Source: Leucoraja ocellata
Lineage: Eukaryota
DNA length: 64,000 nt
Assembly (NCBI GenBank): GCA_036785375.1
Contig: JAWMAR010000051.1
Span: 3,038,001-3,102,000 of the forward strand
Direction of reading: 5' to 3'
Made by a program: the position numbers and the translations under genes. Of the stretch, positions 12,011 to 24,211 are shown one piece after another (position 1 is the first letter of the stretch; every line of letters starts with the position of its first letter). The notes below the pieces were generated by a model. The model did no database searches, had not been told where the DNA came from, and saw nothing but the letters and a program-made list of their open reading frames with translations.

Positions 12011-13869
12011 AAGGTTCAAGGACAGCAATTTTCCGAAAACTCTTGAACTAACTGCATAACCCTCATCCACTTTGACAATAGAACATTGGGAACCACCTCT
12101 TATACTAACATTGTCCTCTCATTGTGCTTTCTACGAATGTTTTGTTTTATTTTTGCAGTCTTCTTACTGTCTTGAAAAGTGTGTGCGCAATTTATGTATG
12201 ATTTATGTTTTTGTGTGTTTATCCGAGTTTATTTGCCTTTGATAGTGTTGCAAGCAAGTTTTTAATTGTACCTATACTTCACCGCACTTGCGCACATGAT
12301 AATAACTTGTTATTCTGAAATACGGGAACTTGGGGGGAAAAAGGCAATCCCAAGCGCTGACGATATGGAAGTGAAATATGCATCTACAATTTTTCCCCTC
12401 AAATAGACCTGTTATATGCTGATTTCCATTGAAAGAATTGGTGTAATTCTAGTCAAGTGTGAGAATCTCACCACCTTTATATTGAATGCACTCAGTATAC
12501 CTATACCCATTTTCACCAATGATTGAAAAACCATAATATATAGACTGATACAATGAAAAGAAAAATCTAAAATTAAAAGCTGGCAACTGGCAGATTCCAA
12601 GACTTTTCACAGCCACAATAGACCATGGTAACCATTTTCTTTTAGTGCTCTAGTTGTGTTTATAGTTGGGTGAAGCATTTTATAGCACCAATACAAATGA
12701 TTCAGATTCCTATTAAATCTTTTCCCCTTCACCTTAAACCTATTTGCATTATCAGAATTAACATAATCGAATTATTTTCCAAAAATAATCCCCAAACATG
12801 ATTAAGCATCACATTAGTTTGATAGACAACTATTATCCTGTGTCCTCTCTGCATGTTAAAATAAATAGAAATTAATGTTTTTAAAGCAGAAATTATAAAG
12901 CACTGGACATCTCTAAAATGAGGGCTTCAGTCTGGCCTGAGCATTGACACATCTTAATTTTGTATCTGCAACGTCGTGAAAGATGGGAATCTAACTATGA
13001 GCAAATCTAAATGTTTTGGTGTGTGTTGGTATTACATTCATTGCATGTAAATGTACTACCAAGCCACACCAAAGCAAGCATTGTGAAGATCTTCAAGGAA
13101 CCCTTTTGCATTGCTCAGAGTATACACTGGGGTCAAGGAAAGAGCGTTCACGTCTCAACCCTGTTTCCACCACCACGCACAAGAAGCAACAAGACAGACA
13201 CCATTGTATGCAGATGCTGAGAAATGTGTTCAGCTCTGGCTGAACAACTTCTAATCTAGTGTGTGGACTTGATAAGAAGAAGAGTATACACTCGCCACAA
13301 TTGGTCTCACCTCGAGTCCAATGTCACATGTTCAAAGTAGCTTATACTGGCCCACAAGGTTTCTTTGCATGGAACGTTGTTCGAATGAGGATGGAGAACC
13401 ACAATAAGAGCTTTATCTTGACACATGATAGAAAAATGTTCCAAAAGAACACATATATATTTCTGTAATAATTTGAAAAATACAATTTTGAAAGGGGTAA
13501 AGACAGTTCTGAGAGGGTCTAAAAATCTGTAGCCTATGGAAACGAAATGATGGATACTACATGGAGAAGTATTTTTGAGCACTAACACAATTCAAAACAT
13601 ATCACACAGTACTAGATGAATGATTTTCTTTTACCAATTATTTTCATTGTGATAACTTTGTAGCAGTTAGTTCATAGAAAACTAACAGGGAGCACCGACC
13701 ATCATAGCTCTGCCAACCCCTTTGTAATGGCTATCCAATTAGTCAAATTCCCCTGCCCTTGTCCCTGTAACTCCGCAATTTATTTTCGCCTTTAGGTATT
13801 TATCCAATTCCCGATGAAAATGTTGGTGGTGAAGATGAGAATGTGGGAGAAAGAAAGCAAGACACTGAG

Positions 13870-14065
13870 GCATGAGACAGAGAGAGAGAGAGGGGCATGA
13901 AGGGGTGGGAGAGGGTGGGGCGTGAGGGGCAGAGACAGAGGGGGGGGAAGAGAGGGGGGAGAGGGGGGGGGAGAGGGGGGAGAGAGGAAAGAGAGTGAGG
14001 TGAGAGAAAGTGAGGCGGGAGAGAGGGAGTGAGGTGAGAGACAAGGGAGAGCGAGGTGAGAGAGA
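13870..14065 (+). repeat. Purine-rich GA/GGGA low-complexity tract
   Basis: (GA)n and G-runs; almost purely purine on the plus strand. Confidence 0.9.
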
Positions 14066-14994
14066 TACCAACAGTACCAGGACATTGTCAACTAATGACA
14101 AAAAACAGCAGAATATGCTGATTGTAAACAACTGTTATTACTGCATCCAGTCTATGGTCAGAATGAGTACGCTAAAATGCAACAATGCTCCTATGAGCTG
14201 ACCTCTGCAGCAGGCCATTTGCCGTCTTAGGTTAGTAGCTGCAGCTCCAAATAACACTGGTAACCTTAACGCAAAACGGATAAAAGAATATTGAAAAATA
14301 CCTTAAGAAGTTCTCTTTGATTGATTATTTGTGTGACATTTAGAAAGCACTAATCTGTGTCATGTAGAATTTGAAAGGTCTATTACATGTAGGCATAAAA
14401 ACTCAAAAGGTTATTCACGGAATAATTTGCGCTTTGTCAGTATAGGTTTCCTTTTTACTCAGCTTGCTCACTGAAATCCCTCACACCTTTGCTTTTGATC
14501 TATTGGCTTCTGCATTTCAACGTTATTGTTGGTGGGAATACATGTTTCACCATAGGCTGTGACCCCCAGCAGTTGTTTGAAGAGCCCAGTCTTTGCTAAA
14601 ATTGATAACCCTCTCTGGAATGAAAAAAGAACTAAGCTGACAAAGCTGTGGGTGAGGGGAACTGAATGTCAGACAATAGACATCACCACATTCCGCCTTT
14701 GAACTTCTTCCCATCTCTGAAGGACGATTAATTATGAAGGCTTTGGGGTAGGTCAAAGCAAGGGAGAAGCTACTGCCGGCCGAGCTCTCCTGCCAGTGTT
14801 CATTTTTGTGAAGTGGCTGCTGCTTGTGGGGAACAGTAACAGAGGCAACGTCCCAAATAACCAATAAATCATTTGAAAGGAAGAGAAGGGGATTTTTTTT
14901 TTGATTTGTGACTGCCACTTGATCATCTGCTCACTTGAGAACAGGTTTTATAAGAGCCAAGGGGTAGGTCAGAGTTGAAGATGGTATTGCAATA

Positions 14995-15125
14995 GTTTAG
15001 TTTGTCACGTGTACCGAGGTACAGTTAAAAGCTTTTGTTGCATGCTTTACTGTCAGTGGAAAGACTATACGTGATTAGTACAGTCTAGCCGTCCACAGTG
15101 TACAGAGATACAGGATAAAGGGAAC
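14995..15125 (-). mobile_element. Rex1-type LINE 3'UTR fragment
   Basis: TTTGTCACGTGTACCGAGGTACAGT..AAAGCTTTTGTTGCATGC, resembling the reverse complement of the Rex1 3'UTRs elsewhere in the window. Confidence 0.5.
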
Positions 15126-15849
15126 CTGCTGGTGGAGTAGAGCTTTAAAAGAGTGGAGCGATTGTCATGAATTATGACAGATCCACTTCTGGGACCAGCA
15201 TGCTGAGGGTCACCTGGCTAGGGTGCCATCTTAGACTAGTGCATTAGAAGGGACAATCTTTTCATTACAGCAACTGAGGGAGGCAATAGTCCAATTACAA
15301 AACCTCACATTCGCAAATAATAAATTGAGTCATCTATAGGGTTAGACACATGGTACCCAAAGACACAAACACCATACATATACAAATAATGTTTCTATGT
15401 TAATATGGCACAGCAGCATCATTCAAAGATCACAGCAATCCATCAAACCTTTCAAATTAGAAGCAGAAGAAACATTTGCAGCACACAGCAAAGCAGGACA
15501 AAAGTGTATTCAATGCCAGAGGTAAGATGCCACCCCCGCTAACCCAACAAACCGCTGCTGAACTGTTATATTCCAAGGTACAGCCATTGAAAGTAATGCC
15601 AGTTTGTTATACAGGTAGTTAAAGTAAAGCTATATTCATTGCAACAAACACAATGGCTCTGTATCATTGCAAATTACCAAGGCATATTATACACACACAC
15701 ACACAGAAAAGAAAAAGACAAATGATCAGCGAATCCTGTCCAAATGCAAATATATAAAATATCCTGCTATAAAAATTATATTCTGCTTTCCTACAGTAAA
15801 GCTCCCAATCTGAGTATCAGTGAGTGTGTGTAAGTAATCGTGAAGATAA

Positions 15850-16240
15850 AGAATGAAAGGAGACAAGATATAAACAGGCCCTTTGGCCCAACTTGTATAT
15901 GCCGACCAAGATGCCCCATCTACGCTAGTCCCACTACGCTAGTCTACGCTAGTCCCACTTGCCCATGTTTGGCCCATATCCCTCTAAACCTTTCCAACCC
16001 ACAAACCTGCCCAATTGTTTTTTAAATGTCGTTGTGGTGCCTGCATTAACTACCATCTCCGGCAGCTCGTTCCATATACTCATCAAACTCTGAGTGAAAT
16101 AGTTGACCCTCAGGTTCCTATTAAATCTTTCCCCTCCAACCTTAAACGTATGTTCTCTGGTTCTTGATTCTCCTACTCTGGACGAATGACTGTATATTCC
16201 CTCTATCTCTTCACCTCATGATTTCATAAACCTCCACAAG
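15850..16240 (-). mobile_element. CR1/HER1 3' fragment
   Basis: AACAGGCCCTTTGGCCCAAC...GGCCCATATCCCTCTAAACC...CTCTGAGTGAAA...CCTTAAAC. Confidence 0.8.
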
Positions 16241-17344
16241 ATCACTGGCGGAGAGGGGTAGTAATGGAGGCAAGTGCTGGGGGTGAATGGGAAGTAGAGA
16301 AACAGGGAGTCAGTAGGGAGAGAATGAGAAGTAACAGTGGATGGGTAAGAAAAAGAGACTGAATTTTTGGAATAAAATCATGCACAATGATAAGAGAACA
16401 CTCACTTCCAGAATATAGAACAAGTGCTAAAATATTTGATGACTCAAAATTTGGCAAACATATAATTTGCTGAATCTGTTAGGCTTAATATTTCATATGC
16501 TGTTCATATAGTTATTACTTGTCAGTCATAGAAGCACTTTGTTATATATACACACCTTTAAAGGAATTGCTGATGCCACTGAAATTAAATGTCAGAATAA
16601 CCAAAAAAAGACGTTCCAAACAGTCAAGTAAAATGACTACATCTACACAGTACATTGCAAATGATTAATGGTCGAGGATGCACGGTTTGCACACAGAAGT
16701 TCTATATATTATTAAGCAAATACCAACTCTCCCCAACCACCCCACCCCACTTGCCAAATAACAGTGACTAATGAAGCCAAGAATTATTTTAGCCCCAATC
16801 TAAGCCAAACCTAAAATAGTGTAACTTCACAGCGTGATGGTAGATCATATTTGGTGGCTTTGGTCAATATAGTCCACAACTAGCAGGGAATTGAAGATAG
16901 ATTATCAGGCACTCCATTATATTTGGAGGAGATCAAAGAGTAGTGTTTAGTGTTTATTTGGAGTGTGACCCCATGTGTACAGTCCATTGTCTGAGGACAA
17001 ATACAAGAGAAAAACCAGCAGCAAGATGGGGATAGTCTCAAAGGCTCAGGGAATGAAAATGACATTGAAGTGATCTGTACTGAAGTGATCTGTACTGAAG
17101 TGATCAGAGAGAGATCAGGGAGGGAATGTTGCAACGTTATTTTGTCCATAGAGTTTGCTGTTCATGAATTTTGGTTTGGAACACTTCAGTGTGGTGAGTG
17201 CAACAGAAACATGTTAAACAATTGAAGCAATTGATGTGAAGCTGATAATCTGTTCAAAATTATTTGAAGCAAAACAGGTTAGAGGAAAGAGACACTGAAG
17301 GTAGGACATAGAGTGAAGTTCATTACATTATCAGTGGAGGGATT

Positions 17345-18331
17345 GTTACACGTTTAGCATCACCTGATTTGGTAGCCAAGACAATTTTCCTTCAATTTAA
17401 AAATACAATGAGGTCCCTATGATGCACCTTAAGGTCCCTGCCAATAATTATAAGCAATGCTCACCATTCGACTTGCGCTACAAAATGTTGCTGGAATCCA
17501 TACCATAGACAGATCTGGCCAACATAGAAACCAACTTAAGAGCTAGCAAAAACTAGGCAACAGCTTCTAAGCTTCTAAACTTTAATAATATACCTCAGTC
17601 CCAGAAACAAACAACAGTTGTTCACAAGAGAGAATATGAGCTAGGAGATGCAAATTGCTTTCCTGGCCCCAAAGCAATTATGCATACATGGTAGCAAGTG
17701 CAAATAACTCTACAAGTAAGCAAATCACAGTGAATAAAAGAAAGAGGAAGCCAGGGCAAACATGGAATATTTCACATGAAAAGAAAATCATTGGACCATA
17801 AAGTAAGAGATAGAGGGTGTCATTCTCAAGACATTCTGTTCACAAGAGAGTTTTGATAAGTTTTACAATACAAGTTGGAATGCGAGGGAAGCAGGTATTT
17901 AAAGCAAGAAGAATGATTAGCATCTTGTTATTCAGCCAAGCATGAATTTTAAATGTTTATGGTAGTCTAATAGTCTGCAGGTCTATAATTAAGACAGGAT
18001 ACAGATTGATCAAAAGGGCGCTGTATACAGCAGAACTATAATGTTGAGAGGTGTAAATATTTCAGCATTTGCCTGGGCTTTGGATGAAAACGAAGAATGA
18101 ATCAACCAGCAGGTTAGAAGAAGTCAGGGTGGTCAAGAGTTGTCACAGACGATGTGCTGATGCACCACTGCCTGTTTGGTCTGACCTGATCTGTTAATGC
18201 TGTACTTGTTTGGATTGTCTGTCTACTTTGTTTAACATTGATATATCATTCTCGTGATAAATGAATAAACTGGTTCTGAAGCTTCCTCCCACCAGTTTGG
18301 GCTTGCACCACAACTATTCTAAAATTTAACA
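17345..18331 (+). mobile_element. Possible solo-LTR-like dispersed repeat
   Basis: Segment 17870-18065 recurs at 19269-19463 and segment ~18050-18310 recurs diverged at ~40755-41010. AATAAA near the end; TGTTA...TAACA termini. No matching TSD found. Confidence 0.4.
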
Positions 18332-19268
18332 ATGCGTATAAATCTGTGGAAGTGGCAGAAAAGACCGAGAAAGTGAGTAGAACCAAGTAAGACTCGGTGA
18401 TTGGGCAGATAATATAAAAGCACAGCAGTTAGAATGAAACAAAATATTAGTTTTATGCACTAGAGTATTGTGCACAATTCTGGTCACTGTGCAGAAGGGA
18501 AGATGAGAAGACTCAAGAGTTAGCGGAAAAATAGATTTGGAAGAATGATCCAGGAATGAATGATTCAGTACTGTCAATAGACATGATCTGTTCTCCTTTT
18601 CACCAAGAAGGCCAACAGGTAAATCAGTAAAAGTATTCAATCAAGGGCCTAGCCAAAGTGAATAAAGGGAATCTGTTGCTTTGGACAGAAGGGTCAAGGA
18701 CACAGATTTAAGTTGATTGATTAAAAAAGGGAATATTTTCCTACCCGAACAGGGGTTGTGAAATGGTAAATATAAATTTAAATGTAATGTTTGAATGAGA
18801 ATTGGGTAGGAACTTGGGAGAGAGAGTTATCTGGCAAGCATATGCAAGTGGGTCTGAGTGGATATTGTTTAGTGAAAGACAGATCAGGATCATTGCACAG
18901 AGTGGGTGCCATCCACATTAAGAACAAGTATAGCACAAAGAACCATATAGCAGAGGAGCAAGCCTTCTGCCCACATGGTCTGTGACGAACATGATGCTAA
19001 ACTAAACACGTTGATCACCAGATATGTTGTCCCCTCAGAGAGCTAGTAGTAGAAGCAAGGCGTCCTGTAAACTTTGGGCTGATTGCAGGACTCATTTGGT
19101 CTCCACTACTATTCATGACTGCTGGATTCACGAGGAACTATTCAACATACCATGGGGAAATGTGCCGGGAAAGCAGATGATGTCCGTCACACTTGTGCCA
19201 TGTAGGAACAATCACCAGTCTTTAAAGATACACCGTGGAAACAGGCCATTCTGCCCTCTGATCCATTC

Positions 19269-19463
19269 AATACGAGTTGGAATGCGAAGGAAGCAGGTAT
19301 TAAAAGCAAGAATGATGAATGTCTTGTTCTTAAGCCATGCATACATTTAAAAGGTTTATGGTAGTCTAATGGTCTGCAGTTCTGTAATTAGGGCAGGATA
19401 CAGATTGATCAAAAACATGAAATATACTGCAGAACTATTATGTTTAAAGTTATACATATTTCA
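19269..19463 (+). repeat. Second copy of the 17870-18065 segment
   Basis: GTTGGAATGCGA.GGAAGCAGGTATT.AAAGCAAGAA...GTTTATGGTAGTCTAAT...CAGGATACAGATTGATCAAAA shared. Confidence 0.8.
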
Positions 19464-19570
19464 GGGCATCCATTCCAACTCCACATGAATGCCATGAGTG
19501 TCTTACTGCCCTTTACATGTTATCTGCTGACATCCAAATGATTCTCCAAAAAACCTACAAGTGATTGTGT

Positions 19571-19886
19571 CGGCACAGTGGCGCAGCGTTAGAGTTGCTG
19601 CCTCACAGTGTCAGAGATTCGGGTTTGATCCTGACCATGGGTGCTGTCTGGACGGAGTTTGTCCATTCTCCCGATGACCACGTGGGTTTTCTCCTGGTGC
19701 TCCAGTTTCCTCCCACGCTCCAAAGACGTACACGTTTGTGGGTTAATTGTCTTCTGTAAATTGTTCCTAGTGTGTAAGATGGTGCTAGTCTAGTCTAGGG
19801 ACACTAGTGTACAAGGTGATCATTGGTCGGCGTGGACTCAGTGGGGTGATGGGCCTGTTTCCACGCTGTATCTCCAAAGTCTAAAG
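19571..19886 (+). mobile_element. V-SINE/HE1-like SINE, full length
   Basis: CGGCACAGTGGCGCAGCGTTAGAGTTGCTGCCTCACAG..GGGTTTGATCC head; conserved core; GGGCCTGTTTCCACGCTGTATCTC tail. Confidence 0.9.
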
Positions 19887-21639
19887 ACTGATGATCCCTC
19901 GTACAGAGCATAGGTGTGGCGGGCATCATCTGCTTACGCTGCACATACTCCACAGTGTTATATACAGACCCATGATTAATTTTCACAGATGACCTTCCAG
20001 CCTACAGGACCAACATCACCTGTCTCTTTACATTAGTTCATCACACATATAGACCTGCCAGGTCACAATTCTCAATGTACTGTTAGTTACCATTTACAGT
20101 TAGGAACCAGACTTGAGGCAAAGTAGTAGTATGTCACTTAAAAAAGGTGTTAGGCAATTAAATGTTGCCCCCAGATCCTGACAAGAGCTATGCCGGCAGA
20201 ATGTAATAACTGAATATTGAAAATCATTAACCAAAACATTATTATGTTACATGAAAAACTGTTTGATAGCATGAAATAACATTCAATACCTCCCACAGTG
20301 AGGTATTTACAATTATCTTGAATGGGCGACAATTTTTTGGGGGGAAACATGATTATCTGTTGAGCTAAAGCTTCCAAATACACAATACTCTTTAAAAATA
20401 GCTAGGAGGAAAAAGTTGATGAGATGTTTAACTGAGAAGGATTGGGAGCTGTTATTCAAAGGTTTACTTTTATTGGAATATATAAATTGACTTGGCAGAC
20501 AAGACAAAACATGAGAATAGAGTGTTGTGGGTTATAGTGGTAGATATGAGAAAGGCAGATACAAAACAGATACATCTACAAATGTATGCATGAATGGCAG
20601 GGGGAAATCATGAAATCTAACTGGTCCTATTTTTATGAGGTGCGTGGAGCAGAGGATTGTCAAATATAAAACTAGAGGACATTGGAGCAAATATTCATAA
20701 ATTTCTGAAGGTGGCAAGGAAGTTGAGAAAATAAATCACTTGAACTGTAAGTAGGGTCAATTAATACATAAACAAAGAAATCATGCTACATCACACTGAC
20801 AGACATCTTCTTAATTAATGCTCGTGATTCTCACCATCATTCTTAAGCAGGGAAATCAAGATTTAGAGAAGATACAGTGGAAGTTTTCTTAGATGTTTAT
20901 CTCGGATGACTGGCTATAGTTTTCTGAAGAGACTGGAAAAACTTGCAGATGGTTTAAGAGAAACCCAAGCAAGGTATTCAAAATTCTAAAGAGATTTGAG
21001 AGAGCAAATAATGGAAGCAAGTTTTGTTTAATAGGTGAGTGGTTAACCAGTGCTGAGCTCCCCTAAATATTACTAAATTTAAACGAGAACCAGTCTTGGA
21101 AAAATAACTTGTTTAAATGTAACTTCCCCACAATAATCAGGCACCATGGTCTTAAAACCATAGACAGCCAGTTTCACATGGGAGGCCACTTAAATGACTT
21201 GCTTTGGAAATGAACAACAATCACTTCCTTTGATAATTGTACAACGATTCTCCTTTAAACAATGTAAGATCCAATGATGATTCACATCCATTGAAACCGG
21301 CCATTGAGTGTAGAAGGTCCTAAAACTAGCCAGAAGACGATACATAAATCCTCATGGTAATTCTGGGTTCTTGGCCCTCCAAAAATATTCCAAATGGAAT
21401 TTAAACTGGAGGTGATCAATTGGCACCTATCAACTTCATCCATTACAAAACGATATTATGTGTATGTTGCCTTCATCCCAGTGTTACCGACACTTACTTC
21501 ATCACCAGTTGCCATCATCTGCCCAATCCTAAACCCAAGCACACCTTTCCAGCACCCTGCCAAAGGCAAAATGTTCCACCCCTTTCCTTTATATTGAGTT
21601 CACCATGTTCAATTCCACTTGCAAAACATCAGCAAATGC

Positions 21640-22500
21640 AGCAGCACAATCCTGTAAATAGCAACATCCTGATAACGTCCAGCTTTGGGCTGATATGTGA
21701 CAAGCACCAGTCACACACAGAACTGCAGGCAATAACCACCTCTAGCGATCATAACATTCAATAATTTTAAGGGCCTGTCCCACTGTATGAGGTAATTCAA
21801 GAGCTCTCCCGAGTTTAAAAAAAAAATCAAACTCGTGGTAAGTACGTAGAATGTACGTAGTGGGTACGTCGGAGCTCGGGGTGCTTGTAACGCTAATGGC
21901 AGGTACTTGGGAAACGCAGTAAGCTCGTGAAGATTTTTCAACGTTGAAAAATGTCCATGAGAGCCCAGAGTACCAACGAGTGGCTATTACCGTAATTCTC
22001 CGAGTTCAAATCAGGGGAAACTCGGCAGAACTCGTGAATTACCTCATACAGTGGGACAGGCCCTTTACCATTACTTATGACTATGTCATCAATGCAGCAA
22101 GCTTCAATAATCTGGTTGGCCAAATAATTACAATGAATATCATAACTGGTCATTGCCTATGTATCCTGTGGTGAATGAGTCACTTCCTAACCGTACAACA
22201 CCTTTCCCCCGCCTACATGACATAATTCAGGAGCATGATGGAATATCCTCTACCTACTCCAACAACGCTCAAGAAACTCAGCACCATTCACACCAAAGCA
22301 CTGCACTTGGCTAGGGTCTTAAACAACACGGCGAACAGTCCACCATCTGCGATGCACAGGAGCTTCAGTGGGTACCCTCTACAGAATGCACTGCAGGTAT
22401 TCACCAGGCTAATCTTAAAGCGACCTCACAAACATGCAATCTCTATGACCCAGAATAATGTTGAAGAAAGAGCATGAGGCCACTCCCCTCCAAGTTGCAC
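21640..22500 (+). mobile_element. Old CR1/L2-group LINE ORF2 remnant
   Basis: Remnant frames DNVQLWAD..HTELQAITTS and MMEYPLPTPTTLKKLSTIHTKALHL..LYRMHC; split by a Harbinger MITE. Confidence 0.5.
21770..22064. mobile_element. PIF/Harbinger MITE
   Basis: TIR AGGGCCTGTCCCACTGTATGAGGTAATTCA / TGAATTACCTCATACAGTGGGACAGGCCCT; TTA TSD on both sides. Confidence 0.9.
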
Positions 22501-22594
22501 TGTATCTTGCCCGACTATAAACCAGAATGTTTTTTGGCCCCTCAGATCCAGTCAGTTCCCAGCAAAAAAAATCCTGCAAGTCCCTCTCGCCCTC

Positions 22595-23080
22595 TGATGG
22601 AGTTCTACAAAACTATGAGATGTGTAGATTGGGTTGATGATAAGATGGTACAGATGTTGAAGACCAGAAGACATAGGTTTAAGGTGAGGAGGCAAAGGTT
22701 TGCAGTAGAACAAAGGAATATGTTTTTGTCATTCAGCAGTTGATTGCAATCTGGAATGCATTGCAGGAGAAGGTGATGGAGGTAGGTATGCACACAATGC
22801 TTAAGCTTGTGGGAGAGCACATGAATTACTTAGACATAGGTTACACAAAAAAGCTGGAGAAACTCAGCGGGTGCAGCAGCATCTATGGAGCGAAGGAAAT
22901 AGGCAACGTTTCGGGCCGAAATGTTGCCTATTTCCTTCGCTCCATAGATGCTGCTGCACCCGCCGAGTTTCTCCAGCTTTTTTGTGTAACCTTCGATTCT
23001 CCAGCATCTGCAGTTCCTTCTTAATTACTTAGACATAGTTGCCTTGGTAAATGTGATGTGTAAAGACAGGGCTTATTGAT
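22595..23080 (+). mobile_element. Old CR1 3' fragment (host of fold-back insertion)
   Basis: CTGATGGAGTTCTACAAAACTATGAG, ACCAGAAGACATAGGTTTAAGGTGAG, ATCTGGAATGCATTGC. Confidence 0.7.
22840..23022 (+). mobile_element. Young Penelope-derived palindromic insertion with 16-bp TSD
   Basis: Near-perfect hairpin with ~76-bp arms centred on TTTCGG-G-CCGAAA, plus a ~30-nt tail; AATTACTTAGACATAG at 22824-22839 and 23023-23038. Confidence 0.85.
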
Positions 23081-23866
23081 CAGCAGGGGCATGAAGAATC
23101 GTGTACTATTCTGTACTGAATGATTATATGACTTGGGGTACTAAAAAGTGGAGAATTGATTTGTGAAATGTTGGGAATGCAATAAATGGGACACGACATT
23201 CGCCTGTCACAAACAACTCTGTGTACGGACATCTCGGATTGGGATCCCCCCCCCCCAACCACTTTCCCCATTAAAGCTTTCATGACGGGATGCTGCCCAA
23301 AGTCATGTTTACTAACTCAAGTGATTATCAATTTCAATCCAGCAAGATTCTGAAGTGCCTCAAGAGTTTGCCAAATACAGTGGTGAAGAAACACTGGGTT
23401 ACGCAACGATGAGAATCAATTGAAAACTGTTTTTTAATTGTTGTGATCCTTCATGCCTTTATAAAATAACAAAATAATTTCTCCTTACTGAATTGCAGTG
23501 ACAAAAGTACATATCATTTTGTGCTATCATTTACGATGCTGTGAGTAAAGGGTTCTTTCCATCGACGAAAACAACTCAATATAATGTGTCAAACTGTCCA
23601 AACCAAAACCACAGTGTCCCTCAGCAAGTTTCTCCACTGCGCATTCACTTCTCCTTTAATTGTGGATGTATACCAATAAATATGAAGAGAAAGTATATAA
23701 AACACACCGCAAAGTTATCTCAAAACTGAACTAAGCACAAGAAGGCTAATAAATAAGTGCGGTTTTTGTTCCTTTGAAGAGTGGCAGTGTATCATGTGGG
23801 AGATACTCTGCTGAACAGCAATGAAGGGCAGCAATGATGATCACTGTTAGAAATGTCTTACAGACA

Positions 23867-24086
23867 CGGCACGGTGGTGCAGCAGTAGAGTTGCTGCCTT
23901 ACAGCGCCAGAGGCCCGGGTTCAATCTTAACTGTGGGTGCTGTCTTATCGGAGTTTGTACTTTTTCCCCCAAGGGATCTGCGTGGGTTTTCATCTGCGTG
24001 GGTTTTCTCCGGGAGCTCCAGTTTCCTCGCACTCCCCATAGACGTACAGATTTGTAGGCTAATTGGCTTGGTAAAATTATAAATTG

Positions 24087-24128
<42 letters not shown>

Positions 24129-24211
24129 ATAGTGTTAGTGTGCGGGGAACACTGGTCGGCGCGGACTCAGTGGGCCAAAGGGCCTGTTTCCGCACTGTAT
24201 CGCTAAACTAA
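23867..24211 (+). mobile_element. V-SINE/HE1-like SINE with internal (GT)n microsatellite
   Basis: A-box GGTGGTGCAGCAG, B-box GGTTCAATC, core, (GT)n at ~24090-24126, tail CTGTATCGCTAAACTAA. Confidence 0.9.

Larger units (their letters stand above)
10410..12310 (+). mobile_element. Old Rex1/Babar LINE 3' part hosting nested insertions
   Basis: Colinear remnant frames GVNILSNLPWVQHTDVITKAAIQHLHFLRSL / CIMAWYGNSNMQKFKRLQRAV / PSGKRYR / RFKDS, separated by younger inserts. Confidence 0.75.

Noticed and set aside
23346-23360. Plus-strand peptide DSEVP resembling the PROX1 last exon
   Set aside because: Wrong strand, only five residues, and the flanks do not match.
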